A stretch of 64,000 bases of DNA from Actinomycetes bacterium (GCA_021801795.1 JAJYXR010000004.1:106607-170606); one strand, 5' to 3'. Positions 9,676 to 19,216 are shown, counted from the first letter of the stretch. Notes: generated from the sequence alone by a model not told the origin. Translations and numbers: made by a program.

Positions 9676-12396
9676 CTACCCACCTTCCCCGGTGCCGAGG
9701 GCCACGCGGGCCGCCAATATGGCCGCCGGGATTCCCGCCGGGTCCCTGCCTCCCGCCACAGCCAGGTGCTCGCTGCCCCCGCCGCCGCCACCCACGTGCG
9801 CGGCCAGCTCCTTCACCAGTGACGACGCATTCACTTCCGAGTTGCTCGCTACCGCTATGGTCGCCCGGGCCCCGTCAGGCGAGCCGGCCAGCACCACCGC
9901 GACCAGCTGACCGCGCCTAAGGATCTCGTCGGCCAGATGCCTGAGCCCATCAGGATCGAGCCCGTCCCGGCGCGACACGACGACCGACCCCGGAAGGCTT
10001 TTCGAGGGAATGGCTTCGAGCACCAGGGAAGCCGCTTCCTCCTCGAGCGCCCTGCGGGCCAGGCGAGCGAGCTCCTGCTCGGCCTGGCGCTGGCGCTCGA
10101 TCAGCCGCTCGATCGCCTCGGGGACCCCGTCTGGCTCCACCTTGAGCAGGCGTGCGGCCTCCTCGAGCATCCTGCGCCTCTCGGCGAAGAGAGCCAAGGA
10201 GCGTTGCCCGCTCATAGCCTCTATCCGGCGGCTCGCCGAGCCGATCGAGCTCTCGGAGAGGACGGTGATGGGACCGATCATCCCGAGCGAGTCCACGTGG
10301 GTGCCCCCACAGAGCTCCACGGAGTGCCGCCCTGCCTCCACCACCCGGACACGCTCTCCGTACTTGTCACCGAAGAACGCCAGGGCTCCGAGTGCCTCGG
10401 CCTCGGCCTTCGAGGTCTCGAATACCCGCACAGGCGAGTCTGCCAACACGTCTGCGTTCGCGAGAGCCACCACCTCGTCGATCTCCTCGGGCCGAAGGCC
10501 TCTCGGCGAGGAGAAGTCGAACCTGAGGCGGTCCGGACCCACCAGGGAGCCCTGCTGGCGAACATGGTCACCCAGGACCTGCCTGAGGGCGCTGTGCAGG
10601 AGGTGGGTGCCGGTATGGTTCCTCCGCGTGGCCTCCCGACGCTCGGCGTCGATGACGGCCAGCGCGTCCTGCCCGGCCTCCACCATCCCTTCCAGCCTGC
10701 AGTGGTGCACCACCAGGCCGCCCGGTGCCTTCTGGGTGTCGAGCACGTAGGCCCGGCCGGTCTCGGTCGTCACCACCCCCCTGTCGCCGACCTGGCCGCC
10801 GGCCTCCGCATAGAAAGGGGTCCTGTCGAGGATTACCTCTGCCCTGTCGGGCTCGCTGCCGGCCAGCACAGCCACCACGCGTGCAGCAGCCTGGTACTCG
10901 CTGTAGCCGACGAAGGCACTCGGACCCACCTCGTCTGCCAGCAGGCGGTAGCTTTCCTCCCCACCAGGCATACGAGCGGCCTTCGTCGCAGCCCTGGCCC
11001 GCGTTCGCTGATCCGCCATGTGCGACTCGAAGCCCTCCATGTCGACTCCGAGACCAGCCTCCGCAGCGATCTCGGCGGTGAGCTCGACCGGGAAGCCGTA
11101 GGTGTCGTGAAGGCGGAACGCCAGCTCACCTGGGACCACCTTTGCGCCACCGCCGGGTTCGCTGACAGCGCCACCGCCGCGTTCGCTGGCAGCGCCACCG
11201 CCGGGTTCGCTGGCAGCGCCACCGCCGGGGAGATCTTCCTGTGGGGCTGCTCCGGCAGGTCCTGAATCCCCCGGACCTGCCATGCCGGTCGAGATGAACT
11301 CGGCGAGAATGGCCGAGCCCGAGGCCAGGGTGCTCCTGAAGCGTCCCTCCTCCCTCTCGAGAACCTCCGAGACCAGGTCCAGCTGGGCCACCAGGTCGGG
11401 GTACGCAGCACCCAGTGTCGACGCCGCAGCGCGAGCCAGCCTCGGGGTCACGGTTCCGGTCACCCCCAGCCGCTCGGCACGCAGCAGAGCCCGCCTTATG
11501 ACCCGGCGAAGGACGTAGCCACGCCCCTCGTTCGAGGGCAGCACCCCGTCTGCCACCAGCATTGCCATGGCCCGCGCATGGTCCGTGAGGATCCTGATGG
11601 CCACGTCGTCCCCGGCATCGGCCCCGTAGTGGTGACCGCTCAGATCCTCCACCTCCTGGAGCACGGGAAGCATGAGGTCGGTGGCGAAGAGGGAGTCCTT
11701 GCCCTGGACGATGGGCAGGATGCGCTCTAGCCCCGCTCCAGTGTCTATGTTGCGCCTAGGCAGGTCCTCCACCGTGCCGTCGGCCCTCCGGTTGGACTGC
11801 ATGAAGACCAGGTTCCAGATCTCCACGTAGCGCTCCGCCCCGCCCCGGCTCGGACCGCCGGCCTCGCCGAATGCATCCCCCTTGTCGAAGTAGATCTCCG
11901 ACGAGGGACCACACGGTCCGGTCTCGCCCATCCGCCAGAAGTTGTCCTCTCCCATCTTCTGGACCCGCTCCTGCGGCAGCCCGACGGCCTCGGTCCAGAG
12001 CTCGGCAGCTTCGTCGTCGTTCTGGTAGACCGTGGCCCACAGCCGCTCCGGGTCTATTCCCAGCACCTCGGTCACCAGCTCCCAGGCCATCTCGATTGCT
12101 CGGTCCTTGAAGTAGTCGCCGAAGCTGAAGTTGCCTAGCATCTCGAAGAACGTGCAGTGCCTGTCGGTGGAACCCACGATGTCGATGTCGACGGTCCTGA
12201 AGCATTTCTGCACGCTCGTCGCCCGTGGCCATGGCGCCGGCTCCTCACCGAGGAAGTAGGGCTTGAAGGGGACCATCCCCGCGATCGTGAAGAGCACCGT
12301 CGGATCGTGCGGGATCAGGCTCGCCGAGGGCACGAGGACGTGCCCTCTGTCTTGGAAGAATCTGCCGAAGGCACCGCGAAGCTCGTCAGCCTTCAT
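9676..12396 (-). CDS. alaS: alanine--tRNA ligase
   Basis: 906 aa. ...FFQDRGHVLVPSASLIPHDPTVLFTIAGMVPFKPYF...HCTFFEMLGNFSFGDYFK...HTGTHLLHSALR...CGGTHV. Confidence 0.97.
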   Translation of the reverse strand: MKADELRGAFGRFFQDRGHVLVPSASLIPHDPTVLFTIAGMVPFKPYFLGEEPAPWPRATSVQKCFRTVDIDIVGSTDRHCTFFEMLGNFSFGDYFKDRAIEMAWELVTEVLGIDPERLWATVYQNDDEAAELWTEAVGLPQERVQKMGEDNFWRMGETGPCGPSSEIYFDKGDAFGEAGGPSRGGAERYVEIWNLVFMQSNRRADGTVEDLPRRNIDTGAGLERILPIVQGKDSLFATDLMLPVLQEVEDLSGHHYGADAGDDVAIRILTDHARAMAMLVADGVLPSNEGRGYVLRRVIRRALLRAERLGVTGTVTPRLARAAASTLGAAYPDLVAQLDLVSEVLEREEGRFRSTLASGSAILAEFISTGMAGPGDSGPAGAAPQEDLPGGGAASEPGGGAASERGGGAVSEPGGGAKVVPGELAFRLHDTYGFPVELTAEIAAEAGLGVDMEGFESHMADQRTRARAATKAARMPGGEESYRLLADEVGPSAFVGYSEYQAAARVVAVLAGSEPDRAEVILDRTPFYAEAGGQVGDRGVVTTETGRAYVLDTQKAPGGLVVHHCRLEGMVEAGQDALAVIDAERREATRRNHTGTHLLHSALRQVLGDHVRQQGSLVGPDRLRFDFSSPRGLRPEEIDEVVALANADVLADSPVRVFETSKAEAEALGALAFFGDKYGERVRVVEAGRHSVELCGGTHVDSLGMIGPITVLSESSIGSASRRIEAMSGQRSLALFAERRRMLEEAARLLKVEPDGVPEAIERLIERQRQAEQELARLARRALEEEAASLVLEAIPSKSLPGSVVVSRRDGLDPDGLRHLADEILRRGQLVAVVLAGSPDGARATIAVASNSEVNASSLVKELAAHVGGGGGGSEHLAVAGGRDPAGIPAAILAARVALGTGEGG
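11144..11229. repeat. 24-bp tandem repeat x~3.6 inside alaS
   Basis: Units at 11144, 11168 and 11192, with a partial unit at 11216. It encodes GGGAASEPGGGAASERGGGAVSEPGGGA. Confidence 0.9.
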
Positions 12397-12427
12397 CTAC
12401 ACGGTCCTCTGTGCACGACACACGATC

Positions 12428-12709
12428 CTACCGGCTACGGCGAATACGGCTGGTCGGGTCCCGTACCGGGTGGAGGTCGCTCCGGAGCTCCTCGGCGCGC
12501 CGGCGAGCCTCCAGACGCCCCACGTCGAGCGCATCCTGGACACGGTCCGAAGCGCCGCCGAGGGCACCCCTTACTGCATCCGACACCCGACCCGCCACCG
12601 ATCCAGGAGCCACGCGTTCAGCCAGGCGCTCGATCCGCCGGCGCGCCCAGGATGCGGATACCACGCCGAGCATGGCACCTGCGACGAGCCACCTCAGGCG
12701 ATGCATCAC
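12428..12709 (-). CDS. small hypothetical protein with an N-terminal TM anchor
   Basis: 93-aa ORF with a 4-nt overlap with the upstream DUF948-like gene. It has an N-terminal hydrophobic helix (WLVAGAMLGVVSASW) followed by a charged helical region. No family was recognised. Confidence 0.4.
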   Translation of the reverse strand: MMHRLRWLVAGAMLGVVSASWARRRIERLAERVAPGSVAGRVSDAVRGALGGASDRVQDALDVGRLEARRRAEELRSDLHPVRDPTSRIRRSR

Positions 12710-13065
12710 CGCTCGCGCCCCAGGATCCGTCGGGTGCCCGACCCGACGCCGGCCCCGAAGGCCAGCACCTTCACCACAGGGCTCGCGAATACTCTGTGTG
12801 CAAGCCTGGAGGCCGAGTCCACCGTCGCCGTCACGGCCTCGGTGGAGGAGAGCACGTCACCCACCCTCACCATCTCCGTGGCGGCATGGTCGACCACCAC
12901 CCGTGCCTGGTGAACCAGAGGAGCGGTCTCCTCGCCGAGCTGGCGGGTCAGCCTGGAGAGCTCCGCGAGCGTGCGCCGCAGGGATGCCGCGGCGAGGCAC
13001 AGGACCAGCGCAGAAGCCCCGGCCAGGATGGATGCAGCCAGCAGTACCCAGTCCGTCACGCTCAT
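12706..13065 (-). CDS. DUF948-like membrane-anchored protein
   Basis: 119 aa with an N-terminal TM helix and then a coiled region (LRRTLAELSRLTRQLGEETAPLVHQARVVV...). The position upstream of alaS matches other actinobacteria. Confidence 0.55.
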   Translation of the reverse strand: MSVTDWVLLAASILAGASALVLCLAAASLRRTLAELSRLTRQLGEETAPLVHQARVVVDHAATEMVRVGDVLSSTEAVTATVDSASRLAHRVFASPVVKVLAFGAGVGSGTRRILGRER

Positions 13066-13099
13066 GAGCAGCCAATGCTAGGACATGGGCCCCCAGGAG

Positions 13100-15934
13100 T
13101 CATCCCGAGACGCCGATGGCGAGGAGCCGTGCGCTCGACCCTCCTGGTCCCGGGGAGCCGTAGAAGGCTGCCGACCCGAAGGCCATCACCTCGCCGGTGG
13201 AGCTGAGCAGCCAGTAGCCGGTACCCGCCGGATCGGCCGCGATCCCCACCGCGCTCGCGGAGCGCCCGAGGGGGGGTGCCGAACCATAGGAGCGAGCCGA
13301 CCCGAAGGCCATCACCTCGCCGGTGGAGCTGAGCAGCCAGTAGCCGGTACCCGCCGGATCGGCCGCGATCCCCACCGCGCTCGCGGAGCGCCCGAGGGGG
13401 GGTGCCGAACCATAGGAGCGAGCCGACCCGAAGGCCATCACCTCGCCGGTGGAGCTGAGCAGCCAGTAGCCGGTACCAGCCGGATCGGCCGCGATCCCCA
13501 CCGCGCTCGCGGAGCGCCCGAGGGGGGGTGCCGAACCATAGGAGCGAGCCGACCCGAAGGCCATCACCTCGCCGGTGGAGCTGAGCAGCCAGTAGCCGGT
13601 ACCAGCCGGATCGGCCGCGATCCCCACCGCGCTCGCGGAGCGCCCGAGGGGGGGTGCCGAACCATAGGAGCGAGCCGACCCGAAGGCCATCACCTCGCCG
13701 GTGGAGCTGAGCAGCCAGTAGCCGGTACCAGCCGGATCGGCCGCGATCCCCACGATGCTCCCGGTCAGCGCCCTGCCCGCCATGGAACCGTAGAAGCGAG
13801 CATCTCCGTAGGCTTCGACGATGCCGTCGGAGGCTGCCAGCCAGTAACCGCCTCCTCCTGGCACCGGCGCCATGCCGGCGAAGTGCGATCCGCCTGGGGC
13901 CGGCTGCGAACCTGCATAGCCCGCGTTGCCATACGCCCATATCCTGCCGCCATCGGCCAGAACCCAGTACCCCTGCTCGGGCGGCACCCCTGCGGCGGGC
14001 TCGGGAGGTGGGGGCACTGGCGGCCCAGTTGCCTCGGGTGGTGGGCAGGTCTCTCCCGGCTCCAGGTCCGCCACCAGCGCCGAGGCCACCGGCGTACCCC
14101 ATCCTGCCGCCAGGCTGTAGCCCGAGGTGGCCGGAAAGTAGGGTCCGGGCGGGTAGGGATAGCTCGGGGCTGGATCCGGCGGGAAGTATTGGTTGTCGCC
14201 TTCGGTCACAGGATCGAACGGGGAGTCCCCGCCAGAAGCCAGCCGGTAGATGGCAGGGTTCATGAAACCCACCGGTGCCGGCGTCGCCGGCTGGCCGGCA
14301 GTCGACGAGGCCGGAGACCCCGAACCTTGCCCCACCACCGGGCATCCACCGTCCGCCAGGGCCACCAGGGCAGCCCACACGGGCGGGCCGAGGCTGGTGC
14401 CGCCGAAGACCGCCCAGGAGCCCTCGTAGAAGATCACGATCCCGTGGTCGGGATCTGCCAGCGCCGACACGTCTGGCACCTCGCGGCAGTATGCCCCAGC
14501 GGGTGCGCCGCAGGGGACCCCGGTGGAGTAGGCGTTGACTACACCCGGTCCGGTCTGCCACGACGGCATCTGCCAGGCCTCGGAGACCCCCCCTCCCCCT
14601 GCTCCGGACTGGTCGTTCCAGACGCTCTGCACGGGGGGCGGGCCCGGGGACGTCATCGTGGTGCCACCTACGCTAGTCACCCATGGCTGGCTGCCCGGGT
14701 CGTCCACCGCCAGCTCGCTGTCAGCCGTTCCGCCAGGCGTGTAGCAGTCCTCCGAGCCGGCGTCACCTGCCGATGCGAGCACCGTCTGGCCCTGCGCGGC
14801 CATCTCCTCGAATATCGTCGCCTCGGCTGATATCTCGGCTCCACCCAGCTCCGGCTCGCAGAGCCCCCAGCTCGTCGAGACGACCTGGGCGGTGTCCGAG
14901 GCTGCTATCGCGTTGTACACGTCCAGGGATCCCTGGCCCGAATCGGGGCCTTCGTATACCAGTATCCTGGCCGCCGGGGCCAGGGCGGAGATGGTCTCTA
15001 TGTCCATAGCGGCCTCCCCACTGCCAGCCCCCGATCCCGAGCCTCCGTCCACGTACACGTTCGATACGGTCCCCCCCTCGCCGTTGCAGGATTCGTAGGC
15101 TGCCACGTCTGATGCCAGGTAGGGCTCCAGCTCGAAGACCGCCACCGTCGTGGCCTGGCCGAACATGCCCTCGGCGTACAGGGGCCTGAAGGAGTAGCTC
15201 CCGGCGACCTGCTCGGCCGTATAGGAGTTGGCCGATGCTGCGACGGAGCTCTCCGCTGCACAGGCCTCGGGCGTGGATCCCGAGCCGTCCGAGGTGGCGC
15301 CCGTGATCCTCCGCAGGATTCCCGCCGAGCGCGGTCGTGCCAGGTTCGACAGACCCACCACTGCCTGGACAATCCCCACCAGCTCACGAGGCACCTCCGG
15401 GCTGGACGCCGGGGCTCGCGCCGTGCGGCCACCGGCAGTCCGGTACTCGACCAGCTCGGTACCGAGCGCCAGGCGGATCTGGCCTGCGCTGCTCCTGGCC
15501 TGGATGACAAGCCCGTTCGGGCTCACAGGGCCCGGGTCCAGCCCGGCTGCTCGCATCCAGGCCTCCACCTCGTCCACGCTGCGACTGGTGGGGCCGAAGT
15601 GCTCAGCGAATGCCCCGCGGGCCAGGTAGTGACGATAGAGGTCCGATCCCGGGGTGGAGACCTCCTCTGCGTAGCGCTCCAGGGCAGTGGGGTCGCGCGG
15701 CCGGAGGACCACGTCGAAGCCAACCGGCGTGCTGGGCGCCAGGCTGCCGACGAGCTTCACGTTCAGCGGCAGGGCTGCGCCGCCACCGGGCACCGGCACC
15801 AGACCACCAGCCAGCCAAGCAGAGGCTGACAGGGCCGCAGCTGATGGCGCGGGAGCGAGAATCATCGGGGCCACCAGCATCGCCACCTGCAGCGCCAAGG
15901 CCGCGCCGAGGCCTGCGACACGCGGCCTGGTCAC
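13100..15934 (-). CDS. secreted S53 (sedolisin/kumamolisin-like) peptidase with a C-terminal 7-repeat propeller-like domain
   Basis: 944 aa. The signal peptide is MTRPRVAGLGAALALQVAMLVAPMILAPAPSAAA. A pro-kumamolisin-type activation domain follows (LRPRDPTALERYAEEVSTPGSDLYRHYLARGAFAEHFGP...EAWMRAAGL). The S53 catalytic core has SGEAAMDIE..., ASAGDAGSEDC and the GGTSLGPP serine motif. A Pro-rich linker then leads into 7 copies of a GYWLxxxxGxxxAFGxAxxYGS repeat. Confidence 0.85.
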   Translation of the reverse strand: MTRPRVAGLGAALALQVAMLVAPMILAPAPSAAALSASAWLAGGLVPVPGGGAALPLNVKLVGSLAPSTPVGFDVVLRPRDPTALERYAEEVSTPGSDLYRHYLARGAFAEHFGPTSRSVDEVEAWMRAAGLDPGPVSPNGLVIQARSSAGQIRLALGTELVEYRTAGGRTARAPASSPEVPRELVGIVQAVVGLSNLARPRSAGILRRITGATSDGSGSTPEACAAESSVAASANSYTAEQVAGSYSFRPLYAEGMFGQATTVAVFELEPYLASDVAAYESCNGEGGTVSNVYVDGGSGSGAGSGEAAMDIETISALAPAARILVYEGPDSGQGSLDVYNAIAASDTAQVVSTSWGLCEPELGGAEISAEATIFEEMAAQGQTVLASAGDAGSEDCYTPGGTADSELAVDDPGSQPWVTSVGGTTMTSPGPPPVQSVWNDQSGAGGGGVSEAWQMPSWQTGPGVVNAYSTGVPCGAPAGAYCREVPDVSALADPDHGIVIFYEGSWAVFGGTSLGPPVWAALVALADGGCPVVGQGSGSPASSTAGQPATPAPVGFMNPAIYRLASGGDSPFDPVTEGDNQYFPPDPAPSYPYPPGPYFPATSGYSLAAGWGTPVASALVADLEPGETCPPPEATGPPVPPPPEPAAGVPPEQGYWVLADGGRIWAYGNAGYAGSQPAPGGSHFAGMAPVPGGGGYWLAASDGIVEAYGDARFYGSMAGRALTGSIVGIAADPAGTGYWLLSSTGEVMAFGSARSYGSAPPLGRSASAVGIAADPAGTGYWLLSSTGEVMAFGSARSYGSAPPLGRSASAVGIAADPAGTGYWLLSSTGEVMAFGSARSYGSAPPLGRSASAVGIAADPAGTGYWLLSSTGEVMAFGSARSYGSAPPLGRSASAVGIAADPAGTGYWLLSSTGEVMAFGSAAFYGSPGPGGSSARLLAIGVSG
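13150..13755. repeat. 126-bp tandem repeat, ~4.8 near-identical copies (42-aa blade unit) inside the S53 gene
   Basis: The unit landmark gacccgaagg recurs at 13173, 13299, 13425, 13551 and 13677 (period 126). The only internal difference I see is gtacccgcc in copies 1-2 versus gtaccagcc in copies 3-5, which is synonymous. Confidence 0.95.
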
Positions 15935-17223
15935 CGCTGCTGGCTGCCCGGATGGCGTGTCTGGATCTCCGCCTCGTAGCCGCGCTCGCTCGGCTCGTAG
16001 TAGCGGGATCCCCGCAGGGCCGATGGCATGTACTCCTGCTCCACGTATCCTCGGGGATCGTCGTGGGGGTAGACGTAGGCACCTGGGTCGCCCAGAACCT
16101 CGGCTCCCCGGTAGTGCCCGTCCACCAGGTGCGCGGGCACCACTGAGAGCGGTCCGCTGCGGACGTCCTCCCTCGCCCTGGACAGGGCTACGGTCACGGA
16201 GTTCGACTTCGGAGCGGTGGCGAGGTACACCACCGCCTGGGCGAGGTTCAGGGCTGCCTCGGGCATCCCCACCAGCTCCACTGCCTGGCCTGCTGCGGTC
16301 GCCACCACCAGAGCCTGTGGATCGGCCATGCCTACGTCTTCGCTCGCCAGGATCACCAGACGCCTTGCCAGGAACCGCGGATCCTCGCCACCCTCGAGCA
16401 TCCGGGCCATCCAGTAGAGGCCTGCATCCGGGTCAGATCCCCTGATGGACTTTATGAAAGCACTGGCCTGGTCGTAATGGGCATCTGGCCCCTGGTGGAT
16501 CATCCGACCAGCCATGACGCCGGCCAGGTGGCTGGCCTGGAGTGTCGACCCGTCGGCCAGAACCGAAGCGCGCTCCACTATGCCAAGAGCCGAGCGGGCG
16601 TCACCGTCGGCGGCGCGGACGATCGCCTGGATGGTCTCGTGGTCGGCAGCCAGGCCGCATGCGTCCAGCCCACGGGTGACCACGATGACCAGCTCCTCGT
16701 CACCCAGGGGCTCCAGCCTCCAGAGGACCGCCCGGCTCACGAGCGGCGAGTTCAGGGCGAAGAAGGGGTTCTCGGTCGTCGCCCCCATGAAGACCACCAG
16801 ACCCTCCTCCACTGGCTCGAGGAGGCTGTCCTGCTGGGTCCTGCTGAACCGGTGGACCTCGTCGATGAAGAGGATCGTGCCCTGCCCATGCTCACCTAGA
16901 CGGCCCGCCGCCTCGGCAAGCGAACGTCGCACGTCCGCCACGCCCGCGCTCGGCGCGCTGAGCGCTACGAAGGCCTTTCCGGTGATCGTGGCCACCAGCC
17001 GGGCAAGGGTGGTCTTCCCGGTGCCAGGCGGTCCGTAGAGGATCGATGACACCAACCGGTCGGTCTCCACCATCCGCCTGAATGCAGCCCCCTCGGACAC
17101 CAGGTGCTGCTGACCCACCACCTCGTCGAAGCTCCTAGGTCTAAGACGGGCTCCGAGCGGCGCTCGCTCGGACATCCTGGCCAGAGCCGCCGACTCGAAC
17201 AAGCCCGAAGGCCCCTCGGACAT
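15931..17223 (-). CDS. rarA: replication-associated recombination protein A (AAA+ ATPase RarA/MgsA)
   Basis: ...LRPRSFDEVVGQQHLVSEGAAFRRMVE...ILYGPPGTGKTTLARLVA...LFIDEVHRFSRTQQD. The ORF track starts at 17289. Met at 17223 (MSEGPSG...) avoids overlap with aspS. The stop overlaps the GTG start of the S53 peptidase (GTGA). Confidence 0.9.
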   Translation of the reverse strand: MSEGPSGLFESAALARMSERAPLGARLRPRSFDEVVGQQHLVSEGAAFRRMVETDRLVSSILYGPPGTGKTTLARLVATITGKAFVALSAPSAGVADVRRSLAEAAGRLGEHGQGTILFIDEVHRFSRTQQDSLLEPVEEGLVVFMGATTENPFFALNSPLVSRAVLWRLEPLGDEELVIVVTRGLDACGLAADHETIQAIVRAADGDARSALGIVERASVLADGSTLQASHLAGVMAGRMIHQGPDAHYDQASAFIKSIRGSDPDAGLYWMARMLEGGEDPRFLARRLVILASEDVGMADPQALVVATAAGQAVELVGMPEAALNLAQAVVYLATAPKSNSVTVALSRAREDVRSGPLSVVPAHLVDGHYRGAEVLGDPGAYVYPHDDPRGYVEQEYMPSALRGSRYYEPSERGYEAEIQTRHPGSQQR

Positions 17224-17251
17224 ACCCCTGCCTACCTGGACTCTGTGACGG

Positions 17252-19216
17252 TCACGGCTCCGCCCCGGTTCGGGCGACTCCTGGTGCACCGGCTCTCCGG
17301 CCGCCAGGGCTCACCCCGAGTGCCAGCTCCACGAGAACCGATGGGGCGAGCTCCTTCGGCGCACCGGTCATGGGGTCGGCACCCGACTGGGTCTTCGGGA
17401 AGGCGATCACCTCGCGGATGGAATCCTCCCCAGCCAGCAGGGATACCAGCCGATCCACCCCTACGGCGAAGCCGCCGTGAGGCGGGGCGCCCGATCGCAA
17501 TGCCGACAGGAGGAACCCGAAGCGCGCCTCGGCTTCGACCGGGCTGAGGCCCAGTGCATCGAAGACCGCCGCCTGGATCGCGGGGTCATGGATCCTGATG
17601 GAGCCTGAACCGAGCTCCCAGCCGTTCAGCACCAGGTCGTATGCCTGCGCGCGCACCTTGGCCGGATCCGACCCCATGACTTCGACGTCGTCTGGATGTG
17701 GCATGGTAAAGGGATGGTGGGCAGCCATCGGCCTGCCTTCCTCGTCCACACCGTCGAACAGGGGAAAGTCGACCACCCAGCAGAACGCCAGCTTCCTCGC
17801 GCCCTCACCAGCGCTAGGTGCCAGCAGGTCGACCCTGAGCGTGCCGAGCACCTCGCAGGCGCGCCGCCACTCGTCGGCCACCACCAGGACCATGTCGCCA
17901 GGAGCTGCGCCGGTGGCCTCGACCATCCCCGTGCGCTCCGACTCGGAGAGGAACTTGTCCAGCGGGGAGTCCAGGGCCAGACCACCACCCTCCCCGGAGC
18001 GGACCTTGAACCAGGCAAGCCCCTTTGCCCCTAGCGATCGCGCACGATCCACCAGGGCGTCCAGGCGATTCCGTGCCATGTCCGCTCCGCCCCGCACCAG
18101 GAGCGCCCGGCGCGAGGGGGCGACCAGTGCCCTGGCCTCGGTGGCCGCGAGAACCCCGTCCAGATCCACCAGGGACACCCCGATCCTCAGGTCTGGCTTG
18201 TCGGTGCCGTACCTGTCCATGGCATCGTGCCAGGTGAGTGTGGGGATGCTCGCTGGGTCCGCACCGTTTGGGTCCGCACCGTTTGGGTCCGCACCGTTTG
18301 GGTCCGCACCGGCTGGGTCCGCACCGTTTGGGTCCGCACCGTTTGGGTCCGCACCGGCTGGGTATAGAGCCTCGATGCCTGCAGCACGGGTAGCTGCCAG
18401 GACAGCTCTGGAGACCACCGACCGAACATCCTCGGCACTCACGAAGGATGCCTCGACGTCGAGCTGGGTGAACTCGAACTGGCGGTCTGCCCTCAGGTCC
18501 TCGTCGCGCAGGCACCTGGCTACCTGGAAGTACCGGTCGAGCCCACCTACCATCAGCAGCTGCTTCGCGATCTGGGGGCTCTGGGGAAGGACATAGAACT
18601 TCCCCGGGTGCTGGCGGGCCGGCACGACGAACTCCCTGGCCCCCTCGGGGGTGGGGGTCCAGAGCAATGGTGTCTCGACCTCGCAGAACCGGTCGGCCAC
18701 GAGGGAGGCTCTGAGGGCGTGGACCACCCTGGAGCGCAGCCGCAGGTTCCGCTGCATTCGCTCCCTGCGAAGGTCGACGAACCGGTAGCGGAGGCGGACT
18801 GCCTCGTCTGTCTCGGTCCTGTCGTCCAGGGGGAACGGCGGTGGATCGGCCCGCGAGAGGGTGACCACCCTGGCGTCCCCGATCTCCACCTCACCAGTGG
18901 GCAGCTCTGGGTTCGCGGTGCCTTCGGGCCGCAGCCTGACGGTTCCCTCGACCATGAGCACCCATTCCGACCTGGCCTCGGTGGTGCCGTCGACGACGCA
19001 TTGGATGATCCCGGTGTGGTCGCGCAGGTCCAGGAAGGCGAGGTGCTCGCCATGAGCGCGCCGGTGGGCCACCCAGCCACATACCCGCACCGTCTGGCCC
19101 ACCTCCGCCACCGTCAGCTCTCCGCACATGTGCGAGCGCATGGAGGTGGCTCCCGAGGCCATGGCAGGCACCTCACCAGGCCTCGGGTCACTGAGCTGCG
19201 AATCAGGTTCGGTCAT
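17252..19216 (-). CDS. aspS: aspartate--tRNA ligase
   Basis: 654 aa. ...RVCGWVAHRRAHGEHLAFLDLRDHTGIIQCVV...FVDLRRERMQRNLRLRSR...FPLFDGVDEEGRPMAAHHPFTMP...GGFAVGVDRLV. Confidence 0.95.
   Translation of the reverse strand: MTEPDSQLSDPRPGEVPAMASGATSMRSHMCGELTVAEVGQTVRVCGWVAHRRAHGEHLAFLDLRDHTGIIQCVVDGTTEARSEWVLMVEGTVRLRPEGTANPELPTGEVEIGDARVVTLSRADPPPFPLDDRTETDEAVRLRYRFVDLRRERMQRNLRLRSRVVHALRASLVADRFCEVETPLLWTPTPEGAREFVVPARQHPGKFYVLPQSPQIAKQLLMVGGLDRYFQVARCLRDEDLRADRQFEFTQLDVEASFVSAEDVRSVVSRAVLAATRAAGIEALYPAGADPNGADPNGADPAGADPNGADPNGADPNGADPASIPTLTWHDAMDRYGTDKPDLRIGVSLVDLDGVLAATEARALVAPSRRALLVRGGADMARNRLDALVDRARSLGAKGLAWFKVRSGEGGGLALDSPLDKFLSESERTGMVEATGAAPGDMVLVVADEWRRACEVLGTLRVDLLAPSAGEGARKLAFCWVVDFPLFDGVDEEGRPMAAHHPFTMPHPDDVEVMGSDPAKVRAQAYDLVLNGWELGSGSIRIHDPAIQAAVFDALGLSPVEAEARFGFLLSALRSGAPPHGGFAVGVDRLVSLLAGEDSIREVIAFPKTQSGADPMTGAPKELAPSVLVELALGVSPGGRRAGAPGVARTGAEP
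18256..18360. repeat. 15-bp tandem repeat x7 inside aspS
   Basis: Units start every 15 bp from 18256. Copies 4 and 7 carry ggctg instead of gtttg. It encodes (GADPN/A)7. Confidence 0.95.

Noticed and set aside
13062-14830. Long repeat-containing ORFs 13085..14830 (+, 581 aa) and 13062..14561 (-, 499 aa).
   Set aside because: They are alternative-frame or antisense readings of the S53 peptidase gene in very GC-rich DNA. Only the 13100..15934 frame gives a signal peptide, the pro-kumamolisin and S53 motifs, and the blade repeats.
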